The notes under the pieces are model-generated. The model made no database searches, was not told where the DNA came from, and was given only the letters and a program-made list of their open reading frames with translations. Below are positions 23,559 to 36,800 of a stretch of DNA of 64,000 bases, in pieces. The translations under genes were made by a program, and so were the position numbers. Source of the stretch: Lingula anatina (taxonomy: Eukaryota > Animalia > Brachiopoda); assembly GCA_051362555.1 (NCBI GenBank), contig CM120640.1, forward strand, positions 44,556,788-44,620,787. The letters run 5' to 3'. Each line of letters begins with the position of its first letter. The first letter of the stretch is position 1.

Positions 23559-26500
23559 TCATACACTGTATGGTTTCACTAGATGTTCAGAAAACTGGCG
23601 AATATCATCAGCACCCCTCACTTCATGTTCCAGTAATGGAAGTTTGGTAACATTAAAGTCCTCATACAAGTCTTCAATCTAAAATGTATAAAGTGTGATG
23701 TGTGATGTATCATTACCTTTAGTATCATCATATAGTGATTAAAAACCATAAAACCTAAGGCAAGCTTTCATCACATTAAAAAAATCTACTGAATTATTTT
23801 GCCGACTTGAAAGTAATGGTCATCATGTTGTTTTAACAGTTAAAACATGACTGTGAAAACAAAATACATGGAAATGTGTCTTTTCTACTACAGTTTTCAC
23901 CAACCTGATCCAGATACTTGGATTGTATCCGATGTCTGGCAGCACACATTTTGCAGGGTTTTTCATTTTTGGGGAGGAACATTAGCTGGTTGACAACTAT
24001 GTTATGAGTGTCAATGTTCATTTTAGTAAGTTCTTGAACTAGCCTCTCTGTTTCATACAGTGATAGGAATTCAGCTATACACACACACACAAATGTAGTT
24101 TGGTCCTAAAAAAGAAAAAAAAAATGAAATCATTTTTGTCATGGATAGTATTTTGATTATGAGAGAGGGAAACATAAGGGGCAAAACAAGTTTACAATAT
24201 AAAAAAATGAGATATAATTATAAATAAATTACATCTTTATTAAATCTAGTTGCATTAACTTTGATTTTTAAAGTCAATCATAAATAAACAGACAATAAAA
24301 ATTAAGAAAGAAACATAAACAGTTACATATAAAATATATCCAGGATCATATGGATCAAATAATCTGTCAACAAAGTGACATTTACTTAATTCTTACATTT
24401 ATGAGAAAACTTCAACTTCCACTAACCATATATGTTTTACATAAACTTTCTGGAAGTCGGGTGACTAAATCAATTATGGTCAATATCCAATCCAAGTGAA
24501 TTCTAGTGTGAACATGGTTCCTTATACAAGATTACCATTGCAACCTTGGAGTGCTCAAAATTCTTAGATCTATTGTTAAACAAGTTATTCACAGCAGAAT
24601 AACAAACAAAAAAAAAATCAGAACTGGAAAGTGGAACGAGTAGCACAAGTGACCATGTGCTGAGTTTGCAAACACTGCTCAAAATCTACTTACTGGATTC
24701 CTAAACTGTTCATTAACTTGTTTTATGATGGGTAGTGTCTCTTCTAGTCTTGTGGTCATCTGTTCTGCATTCATATCCTGCATGCCCATCACACCTGCCA
24801 TCTGTTTATACATAATATTTGCAATTATGAAGCATAAAACATATAAATTTACAAGCAACTGAGATCTAATAAATGCGGTACACATAATTTTGCATATCAT
24901 TTGCATTCCAAAATAAAAAGCAATCAGTTGATGTTTATATGAGTGACCATATTTCAAAGTACTTGGAAAGTTATGGATGTAAGCAAAACTGCTTTTAAGT
25001 CTATTTTGAATACATTTTTAGGGTAAAGTTATCACATTTGTCAGAACTTAAAAACAAACTTGTTCAACTTTGTAAATCATAACATATACTTTCTTCACAT
25101 AAGCTCATACCATGAACCAACAACACTCGTTTCTTTGTCAAAAATTTCTAGACCATGACTTCATGAATGTTGTAGTCTTTTAATGATGAAAAAATAGAAA
25201 TTCAGAGATACAATGCAGCATGGACTTTCACAGACCTGTGAGATAAAGGGTGCAAACTGGCTTTTTATCTTAAGAAGTTTTCCCAGCCCCTTCTCCACCA
25301 TAGAGGGAAAGGATAACAGACGCAGTGTGTGTCCTGTAGGAGCCGTATCAAATATCACCACAGAAAAATTCATACTTTGAACCAACCTGAAACAAATAAA
25401 TAAATAAGTAAATAAATAAAAATAAATAAACAATCACAGAAAGAAAAGCATTTCATTATAGTGTCATCATTGTTTGTGTATGTTCTGCAGTTGTCTTTTT
25501 CTCTTTTTAAAGAATGTACCAACTCTAAAGTGTAATATATATATATATTTTTTATAAGTTAATCTCTTTTTAGTAAAATATCTATTGAACACAGCAAATA
25601 TTACATGGATAAGTTAAACTTAACTTCAACAACATTTAAACATAAAGACTGATAAAAGCAACCAAATGTCCACAATTAAGTATATTTTTTTTTTGCAGAA
25701 TAAGGTATCAGCTCCAATGTCATAGCCAGGGACTATTTATTTTTTGGGGTTGTTTGAGTAAATCAGTTTAACACGTAAATCTGAGATAGTTAATATGGAC
25801 AATTGATAAAACTTGACTACAGAAAAGGTAGCCTTACCTCATAACTTCAGCATAGCTCATGGCTTCATCTATACCAGGAAAAGCACCTAACAGCTCCTGA
25901 ATGACACCTTTGCCAACTGCCAACACATCTGAAATTAAACTCCTCTCACTGAGTGAAGCTACATAAGACAAGGTTATAAATAATCATTATTTCAGAATTG
26001 TGAGAAATACAGATGGGGGTGTGAATTGTCTTCATTATTTAATACCACTCTACATATGTCAAAATTCTGAGTGTCTTCTTTCAAAGGACGATTGTTTCCT
26101 TCTCTGAAGTTTTGCAATGATAGCACAATCAAACTGACTAACTGTTCAGCTATATCACTACAGATCATACAGAGCATTTTGAAGATTTTTTTTCTTTCTC
26201 AAACTTAGGTTAACAAATAAACCTTAAAATTTTATATTTTGCACCATAACATCTTTCTTAGAGACTGTATGAAATTGCCTAAAAGTTTATCTTTTCCACA
26301 ACAGTATTTATTCTGATAAACTTCCATTTTTCTCGCATCAATAATTTTAATTTGTTCACCCATACAGTATCCTCAAATTAAAGGGTCCGAAACAGAGCGT
26401 GATAAAACAAAGCTCTTGTAAGCTAGAAATCGGTCTAATATGTTGGTTCCTGATCTCTCAGACATATATTTGTCCATTTAGTGTTTGTTATCTGCTAATT

Positions 26501-29500
26501 TATTACCTTGTTGTCCTTCAAAGTAGTCATCTGGTAAATCTGCCATACCAACATTTGGGTCAATTTCCTAAAAAAATTAATAATAAAATATGAAATCATC
26601 AATGAAATGGAGTCTGTAAACATCTTCCAATTTGACAATTTTATTTTTGCAACCTCCCAAGCATGTGTAAAAATTAATCATTAATTAAATGTCTTTATTA
26701 AAAACATGCACCTACAAACATGCACATTATTCCTGGTGCAAAAGGGCAAAGCTGAAAAAAAACTCTATGGGGTAATAGCTTATACCTTACTGGTTGGTTA
26801 TCATTAGTTTCAACATTTTATTTTCAATGTTTCATTTTTTCCTCATCAATGGATGATGTCATATCCTCATAAAAACCAAAATTGATACATTAATACATTA
26901 CATAATATACATATGAGATAACTGAGAGTGAAATCACATAATGAAAGCTTAATTACTCATAATTACTTCTATGTCATAACTAAACAGACTAGTTTCATCA
27001 TTTACAGATATGAAATTATGCATCATATTATGGCTGATTACAGCTTCAACATTACCAATTTCTTAAAAATAGATAATGAGCAGTAAGTAATAAACATCAA
27101 GTGCAAGATAGCTACAGTAGCTGAATGTCATTTTCTGGAAATGATCATGATCAAAAACAGGACAAAAAAATTTCACGTGATGTATGGCATCAGCATAACT
27201 TAATTATCATGAAATAAATCAAGGAGCAAAAGGCAGATTTCTGTGAAACTAATGTTAAGAGCTATTAATGGACTATTCCTGCACAACAGGAAGATTGGCA
27301 CTAGTCATTTTGATTATGATCATCATCATCATAAATGAATGAAAAGAGTGACTGATCATGATTTTTTTCTTTTTTCAAGGCTGCTCCTTGGTATAAAAGA
27401 AGAGACAAACACTGGTGCCACATATGCTGAGACCGTGTGATACCAAGATGCACATCAGCCTGGTCTTTGTGTTACTTGGGATAGCTATCCTGGGATATGC
27501 TGCAGGTAAGAAGAAATCATGACATGTTATCAAACTGGGCTACTGTAGGGACCATTGAAAAAAATTCTTACATTTCACATCCCATCATCTTAGTATACAG
27601 TGTTGGAAATGGTCAAGACTAAATCATGTTGCAACCAACCTAAAAACCCTAACCAGATTCAAATAGGAAACAACTGGAAGAAATTCTCTCACACTATAGC
27701 TGAAGATCACAAAAATCACCAACACATTTAAAAAAGCCCAATACTGAAAACCATGTCCCTTAGTTTCTATTTTTTTAATAAAAATTTTCTCATCAATGAC
27801 ACATGGTTTCATGACTCACAAATATAATAACTGTAGGACTCAAATATGAGAAGTACTGCTTGATTTCTTTTTATTTCTAGGCTATCCTGGGGAGAGCAAT
27901 GAAGACTGCCATGATCGTTGTTACAATGGCATCACTAGAAACAGAAAGAAATTTATGTCAGGGTATGTTCTTGGAGGAGTGTGCCGCTGCACCAACAATT
28001 GCTATTGGGCATTGCGGTATTACAGTGGCATGTCTCCTGATGAAGCCTGTCAGTCTTTTTGCCGACACAAATACCACAGCAGAGCAACTGGGGAATGTGA
28101 AAATGATAAACTTTGTCACTGTGACCGGGTAAGAATTCTGCTCCGAGCAATGTTTTTTTCATTTCATAAAACTGCAATTTAAAATGAATATCATTTACAT
28201 GTATATCTATATAATACATTTTCTACTTATTTGGCTTTGGGCTTTGGTGCTTCCAAATTTTCAGATCATATCTTCACCTCTTTTTGTTTATCTGGAGATA
28301 CTTCAATATCTGCTCTTGTATATAAGCTTATAGAAAGGATTTATATAAAGGATTACGCGTAATGCTAGAATTATCCTTCTTTTTCCAACAGAGTGGCCGT
28401 GGCTGAACATCCTGGTCTGAACTGAATGGTCATCCTGACAATGGATTCCATAGCTGATAATTCAAATCTGAATCTTGAACTCATTCTTCTTTAGAAGTAA
28501 TAAAAATATGGTATACATCATCATCAACATCTATTCTGTCTAATTTACACTAATATCTATTACAAACAATGAAAAAAGACAAACTTTCTTTACTGAAATT
28601 TTCTATTCACATTGACAGCAAATAAGAAAGTGAGTTCTAATTCACCTCAAACCCCTTTCCTCCTTGCATTAAAAAAAAAAAGATGACAATTAAACACCTT
28701 ATTTTAGAAAAATACTATTGTGAGAAAAGACTTACCATAGCAAACAGGTTAGTGAATCCTTTAACTTTTGTTGGCACCTTAGAGAATTTCTGGTCAAAAG
28801 CATCTGATATGTTGTGAGCTGGATCTGTGGATATGACTAGAACACTCTCTCTGATTTTGGACAACTGTACTGCAAGGCTACAGCTTAAAAAATACCAAAT
28901 ATCTATAAATACTCATACAGGCGATAAAAAGATTGCTATTAATTATAATTTAGTGTGGATGTCTGGACTCACAATACCTCAAAATACCTGAAAAATAAAT
29001 TTCTTTACATAAAATAAAAATGTTTTGTATTAAAATTTGGCTTTTATGAAGACTTTTCAACATTTGGATAATACAAACTTCGTGTTTAAGTGGGCTCATC
29101 GTCTGTATCAAATACTCTTATTAAACTCAAAGGATGGTATATAAATGGCATAAAGGGGAAATAATATAAGTCATATTTCATTATGCAGATCTCAGCAAAC
29201 TCTCATTTCACTCTTGGTGAAATATCAATAATAACTAACTAGCATCTGATGCACTAAAACTCTCACTGCTTCTACTAATACAATAATTCAGTTAGATTTA
29301 AGCACAACCCTGACTCAAACACAATTATATATCATTCTTCAGTACCACCAATAAAACAAAAAAATAATTTATCCAAAAGAAAAAGCACCACTAAAACAAG
29401 TCTATACTACAGTATGAGTATACGAGTTGTAGAGGTCATACAAAAGAGGCATTTTGGCCCAATTCTGAGAATTTCACCCATCGGATTTACAAACAAAAGA

Positions 29501-30619
29501 AGAGGTAGGTGTACCATGTTCGAGTTGTATCTGATGTCTGGTTCTTTGGATTCTTATAGTTTATTTTTTCACGATTCTGTTCTAAAACTTCACTAGCTTA
29601 CTTTATTTCAGTCTCTATGGTCCGTGTATGGGGGGGGGGGGGGAGAATGAAACTGTCATTTTTTTCCTTTTCATTTCATAAATGGTCAAAATAAAATGAA
29701 AAATCTGTGTATCTCAAATTTCCTTTATCTTTAACAAAAAAAAAAAAAAGAAAAATGAGATAATTGTTTGTTTTTCTATTTTACTATGATAAACAAACAA
29801 ACAAACAAAAAAACAAAAAAAATGACAGATATCCTGACGATGATAGGAAATGGAAATATCCACTATTTTTCAATATCAAGGGGGTAAAATATATTAGAAT
29901 ACACGTTATTTTCTCCCTCTGTGAAAAAATGAAAGAATTTTTTAAATGTTCATTTTATCAATTTAAAATGGAAAAAGTTTCCCTGATTTTCATTTTGGAA
30001 ATAAATATGGTAAAACAAAAGTACATACATATATACATAACTGTTATGCTTTAATCACTAGCAGTAGTTAAAAAGTAGAAGTAGTAGACACTTCAGTAGT
30101 AGTAAACATTGTATCATTATTTAATTTGTTCTGTCAGTCAACAACTACTCAGTTTAACTTAAGTATATTGTATTGTATTGTACTCCCCCCCCCCCCCCCC
30201 CCCCCCCCCAATACACGGACCCTCTATGGGGGTATGTGGCGATATTATGAAATTAGTTTAAAATACTTCACTGAGTTTGATTGTTTTTATTTGAGTTTTG
30301 ATAAACTAGTATGGTGTTCCGATGTCATTTCTGTGGTTTAATTTACCAATCAAGGTGACAGCTGAGCATTGTGACCAAACCAAACCAAAGCAAAGGGCAC
30401 TAAAACAGTCAAGAGTAACACGTCATTCATCTAAACACATCCATTGCATACTATCTTACTGGGCATTTTGACAAAGTCAGTATCTACAACAAATACCAAC
30501 CTGCATGTTGTCTTTCCCACGCCACCTTTTCCTCCGACAAATATCCATCTCAGCGTTTTCTGTTCAAGGATATTTTGCACACTGCTTTCTAGGGTGTCAT
30601 GCTCCATAGCAGTCGCCAT
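23559..30619 (-). CDS. ASNA1: ATPase ASNA1 / GET3 (TRC40), tail-anchored protein targeting factor
   Basis: 8 exons (minus): 30619-30501, 28883-28736, 26567-26507, 25928-25838, 25386-25236, 24801-24694, 24105-23905, 23678-23559 (TGA). Motifs [58 protein letters not shown] and the CKMC zinc pair. Confidence 0.97.
27392..27399 (+). promoter_or_regulatory. TATA box of nested cysteine-rich peptide gene
   Basis: GTATAAAAG about 55 bp upstream of the ATG at 27448. Confidence 0.6.
27448..28406 (+). CDS. Secreted 106-aa cysteine-rich peptide with tandem CS-alpha-beta defensin-like modules, nested antisense in ASNA1 intron 2
   Basis: Exons 27448-27505 (signal peptide, phase-1 GTAAG donor), 27881-28128 and 28392-28406 (TGA). 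Product [106 protein letters not shown] with 10 Cys. TATA box upstream and AATAAA at 28499-28504. Confidence 0.85.
29619..30221. mobile_element. MITE with short TIRs extended by G/C homopolymer runs, 6-bp TSD
   Basis: GGTCCGTGTAT+G14 on the left, C25+AATACACGGACC on the right. CTCTAT flanks at 29613-29618 and 30222-30227. Confidence 0.75.
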
Positions 30620-30841
30620 TCTTAAACAGAGCTATAAATCCATTTTTGAAAAAAATTAATTCTTTAGTCCCATGAAAACACGTTGACAGTATTGTATATT
30701 TTACTATTTTAAATTTAAATCTAGTGTATTTTGAATAAACATATAAAATGACATATTCAACTTGGAAATAAACCATAGTATTTTAAATAAAAACTACAGT
30801 ACGTTATTAGCACTAGCTTTGTATTAAAGACAAGTGCCAAG
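30620..30841. promoter_or_regulatory. Bidirectional promoter ASNA1/HECTD3
   Basis: Only 222 bp separate the divergent start codons. Confidence 0.75.
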
Positions 30842-33800
30842 ATGAGTTTGGATCTTCCGCGTCGTCGACTGGGAAGGATTCGATGTTTACAGCAATGTAT
30901 TTTGTGCTTTAAAGAAAAAAGACGGCTTCCAGAGTCTCTGTGCTATGTACCAGCTCGTATAGAATTTAAGGCAACCGGCAGTTTTAAAGTATATGCCTTC
31001 GAAAAACCAAGCAAGCAAAGTGGCAAAGTGACAGAAATTTTGTGTGAAAGTGACACTAGAATTGTTGGTTCTGGAGAAGAATTTTGTAATTCAGAAGGAC
31101 AGTGGATAAAGATAATTGAGGTTTGTTATTGGTGAGAAATGATGGTGCAAATTAATTCCGAGAGATATAGATTCAAATAGGGCAAAATAATTCATGTTGC
31201 ATGCAGTACTGTAGGCCACGGTGGTTTCTTTTCAGTGCAGACCACATATATTTCCAATGACTCATCACTCTTTGGTTTATCATATGTTGATCTGTTCCTG
31301 TTACATAAATATTATTTACTGCTGCCATAACAGATATTACTTTTAGGCTTGTATTTGAAAGCGTACTCATGATACATTACATGTAATGTTACAAATCTGA
31401 TATTTAAGAAGTTCACTTGTAGTATTGTGCTGTGGAAAAATGTTCTTTGATTTTTATAAACAAGACACTGTAAGAAATGCCATGCTTTGCCTGTGTTCCC
31501 CACACTCGCGTGCACAGGCATAATCCAATGTAAGGGTTTTCTGTCTTGCTTATACAGGAGGATGACATTTAGGATGAAATTTCTAATGTTAGCACTCTTA
31601 TTTACTGTTTCTGTTTAGTGCTTATGTGCTAATGTATGTAAGATATACATGTAAGTGCACATAACTAAAATGACTGTCAGTTAGAGGATAAAACTTCGTG
31701 CTAGATCTGGTGGCATTTAGGAGTGTCTTAGTTTGGTAGAAAAAAACATCTATAGCAAAAACAGTATCAAAATGAAAACTGTGCTATTTTTTAAATACAT
31801 ATTTGTCACTTCTTGAAAGTATGTCTGTAATGTTGAGTGTGCATTTTGTTTATTTTAACTACAGTATTACAGTAAAAAATCCAGAGATAAAAGAGAGACA
31901 TTAGAAAAGGAAGCATGGGCCTTGCTATTTAATAATGCCAGTTCAAATGAAGAGGAACCTTCACTTATACAAGTGGAACAGGAATACACAAAGCCAACAC
32001 CAAAAGAGTTAATATTTGGATGCAAGCCAAAAGTTATAGACAGGTAAGATGACTGTGGAATACTTGAAAGTATAGTAGCATTGATAGGTCCCATGTTTTC
32101 GGGGATCAATATTTAAGAACTAAAGGATATCACATTTAACTTTATTTGAAAGACCATCATAATTAAAAACATAATTATTATTTTAATTAATGTATCTAAA
32201 TTGACTTTTTTGATGCAAAATTAATTGTAAAAAAATTAGTTTTTACCAGCATTCTAGTTGATTTAGATTTTCAATCCCAAATATCATTTATATTTTTATT
32301 TGCTATTCTATTAACAAAATTTCTGTATATATACACAGTATTATTAATCTCTTTTTGTTGATTTTAGGTGGGAAGATGTAGTAGAAGACAGTTATTCTTT
32401 GAGGTGTGGCCGTGTCACAGAAGTTGCACCTCCAGATATGGAGGCTGTTAAAAGACTACAAACAATTCCCCCAAATTGGTCTATAGACTATGATGAAGAG
32501 TTAGTGAAATTTTTAACAGAACACGCTGAACCTGATAATGACCACTTGGGCAGTGTACGGAATTATGTAGAATCCATTGAAGTCTCTTCTTTCTGTGTAA
32601 GTTACTGGATGCTGATAGTTTAGGAAAGCACTGCCAAGATACAATTTCTCAAATTTGTTATGAGTCAATTGATGATATTTGAATGGTATATAGTCTGTGA
32701 TTAAACCTGGCACACTGTATAGTAATTAAGAATCTTTATGAAAAATTTTACCACAAGTAATTTCTCGGTCCATGCTGTAGGATTGATTCACAAAGAATCT
32801 GAGTTAGTGAAGTTTATTTTATGACTGTGTTACTTCGTATATATATTTAATTCTCTAAATATTATGTTATTGATCATACTATTGATTTCCCTTCTTAGGA
32901 TGATGATGGCTGCAATAATTTAACCGATGGAGATTCAGACACATTTTGGGAGAGTGATGGTAACCAAGGGCAGCATTGGATACGACTTAAAATGAAAAAA
33001 GGAACTGTGATTAAGTTAGTTTCCTTTTCAATCGTATTAGTGAAACCTTTGAAAAGATTTAAATAGGAGTTATTTACATGTACAAAATAGAGACATATTT
33101 CTCGTGGTTTCTTCAAATAAAGATTAGTTTTGTCTTTAGAGAGTCCTGAGGTTTGTTTGTTTGTTTATCTATTTGTTTATTTAATTTTTTCTTTATTTCA
33201 GAAAACTTTTATTAACTGTTGATGGCAGAGATGATAACTATATGCCCTACCATATCATAGTGATGGGAGGAGAAGGGGACAATCTTAGTAAACTTGAAGA
33301 TATACACCTGGATCAGTAAGTGTGATGATAACCAATTACCTTACTGTACTGAATCAGACAGTAAGATTTGAATTAAGAAGGGAGGAAAGCAAGTAAAATT
33401 TAAAAAAAACCTAAACACTGTATATAGCAATGCCACTTTCAAGTATGTTAAATTACTTTTTTACTAGTATACTAGTAATCACTACAGTGCAGCTTTTGGT
33501 TTGAGGATATAAAATTACTGATTTAAACTTATTGTGCCTGTCTTTTCTTGCAGGAATATGAATGATATGAGTGATGTGTGTGTTTTAGAAAATATGCAGG
33601 AGCATTATCCCATCATCGAGATCAGGATAAAGGAATGCAAAGGTGAATATGATCTGTTATCTTATGTAAAGAAAAACATATAGAAAAACGCGATCAGGAT
33701 AAAGGAATAAACAGACCGAAATGCGCCAGAATTGTCACCAGTGATGCTCTCAAGCAAATAGAAGAACACTTAACACTGTGACTATGTCAGTTCATTGCTA

Positions 33801-36800
33801 TTGGTTTTGTCCTTGGACTTCTTTTATTCCAGATGATGGCATAGATACAAGAATTCATGGCATAAAGATCAAGTCTAGCAAAGAGAGGGACCTGGGACTC
33901 AGCAAGGACTTGTTTTCTTCACAGGATCTGGTGAGATATCCTAAACTGGAAAATGTAGCTGCAGATTTGTTGTATAGGAGGGCAATTGGTCTTCAGAGGT
34001 AATTTTTTTTTTCCTTTCTTTTGTATTTATTAATTTTTTTTTTCGTGGGGGAGCTGGTGGGAGGGGGGGGGGAGAGATTCAAAATGTTTTCATGACATAA
34101 GCATCATGATGATCATGCTTTGCACTATTTGGCACAAATTGTTCAAGTTCAAGTTTGTGTCAAAATAATATTTATGGGGCAATAGTCCAATTGATATAAT
34201 TATCAAAATAAACTAGTATTTATATTAAGGAGAAAATGCTTGGCACAAAATTCTTATTTCAAAGGGTCTAGGGGCAAATTCTGTTCATTTTTTATTCCAT
34301 TATGTGAATTATGATTTGCGTTTTGGACATTGTTCCCTTAGTGCCCTATTTTAACTTTACTCATTTCTTTTCCTTCAAAACATTGTATCAGAAAGCAAAT
34401 CCTAAGTCATTTTTTTATTTGAATTAAATAGAAATTCATTAATAGCCATTTCTGATCATTCTGACCCTTTGGGGTCATCTTGAATTTTGATACTTTGATA
34501 TTTTATCTAATCAGAATACTTTATTTTGACATATATCTCTGCTGATCCAAATTATCCTTAGAACTTGTCCTTTAATACCTTAAAGCCTTTTATAGTAAAT
34601 TGATACATCTTTGATCAGATTTCTGATCTTCACATTTAATTATATGTTGCAATAATTTTTGTTACATTTGTTCTAGGTTTATCACAATAGTAGACAGCAC
34701 CTTGCCTTTTATCCTTCCAGCCTGGGAGTACTCTGCAGGCTCTTTTAGCTCTCTTGAGGTATATAACTTTCACATTGATAACATATAGAAACATGCTGAA
34801 TTGTATCTACTGAATTGCTGAATTGTATATAAGATTAAGACTATGACTTATTATGTTGTGACAGTAAAAAAAGATGCTATATTATCAGAAATGCTATTAC
34901 TAGTTTATCATATTGAAATTTACTATCTTTGATATCTTCATCTGGAAGGTTGTGCGGCAGCTTTTACCTTTATCCAAGAAGAGATTAGGATTAATAGAAA
35001 CCTTCCTTAGAGAATCGGAGACGGGGTGAGTTAAATAACTGTATAGACTTAAATACTGATAAAAATGAGAGAAAATTATTAAGTATCTATCATTTGTCTA
35101 CAAATTAAATACTGAATTTACATTTGGCACTATTTGGGTCAATTTTTGACTTTGGGAGAATAAGATGAGTAGGATATCATATTATGACATTTGAACATTT
35201 TGAAAGAAGTGTGGAGTAGAACTTTACCGTACAATGCTTATAACTCAAAAAAGGAAAGTTTCATTTCCTATATATGATAAATACTGCTCTATGTGCATAA
35301 TATATTTTATTTTATTTTATTTTTATTTTTTACATTATTTAAAAATTTTAACATTTGTATCAATTATTTGGTCATACTAGGGTTCCTTCCAACATGCCAA
35401 AACTGTACATAAATCGACGAGCTGCGATGGAACATCGCCAAGACCCTTCTTTAGATCCTGAGTACAAAAACTCTGTGTTTTACCAAATTTACGAAGGCCT
35501 TAAACCCAGGGACAGATATGATAAACAGCTGGACTACAGGTAAATGCAAACCAGTTTTCTTAATATGGATAGTTGAAATTTTATCCCAAACAGATGATAC
35601 AGTCTAAATTTTCTTGCGTCTTATATGTTATTAGGAAAACTCTAGTTACTTGGTACTTCAAACTGAAAACTGTAACAAGCCTAATACAAATCATATACAT
35701 GAATAAATTTGATCCCGTGCATTGTCAAAGAAAAACTAACAGGCATGACATGTATTTTGGGAGATTTCAAGTGATGATTTTTGCCAAAACATGGGTGCAT
35801 AAATAAAATAATGAATAAATGGCTGAATGAATGAATTAAAATATTTAAGAAATGAATAAAGATTATATTAAGCTCATTTATGTTTCTGTATGACAACCAT
35901 TAAATGTCTGACTCAGGTGGCCAAGTCGCAATGACCAGTGGTGGGAGTGTAAGTTCCTATCAGAAGGTATAATAGATCAAGGGGGAGGGTTCAGAGACAG
36001 CCTGTCTGACATGTCAGATGAGTTATGTCCCAGTGCCAGTGACGTCCCCGTTCCTTTGCCATTTTTTATTAGATCACCAAATCAGGTAAGTGGACTTATT
36101 TGAGACAACATTTGAAGCAGTAATGTCAAAATGTAGCCTTGTATTTTAAAAATGTTGTTTTTACTTAGCAGAAGTAATTGTATAAAATCAGCCTTTTTTA
36201 ATCAAAAAATTTTTGCAATGGGATTTTTAACAGATTTCAAAATAAACATTTTTACATACTTTGATCAACATAAGATTAAAATAGGAGGAAAGCCCAACTG
36301 ATCACTTCTTCTTAAACCTTTTTAGGCCCAAGATGACTTGAATGTAAATCGTGATGTGTATATTCCCAATCCCTCCTGTCAGGAGTTGGCTAAGTATCGC
36401 TGGATAGGGAAGATTATGGGAGCTTGTCTCAGAGGGAAGGAATCTTTGGTAAGTTGACAAAAAAGGAAAATGGGGGCACCTTATTTGAAAGTGTTTGTAA
36501 GAAAACTTTTGTGATAGTCAAGAACAAAAAGCATAAATAAGAGCGTAATTTTGCCAGCAATAGGTATATGTACAAAGTAACTAAAATATATATGACATTT
36601 TACCACTTTTGTTGAGAAATATGTATTGAATTCTTTGCTAGGTGCTCTCCTTGCCTCAGTTTATCTGGAAAAAGTTATCTGGTGAGACTGTTCACTGGTC
36701 CAGAGACTATGTAACTGTGGATGCTGCCGAGGTGAGGTATATGGCATGTAGAGTAAAACTTCCACATGCAGTATTTTTGCTAGAAAAACTAGTAAATTTT

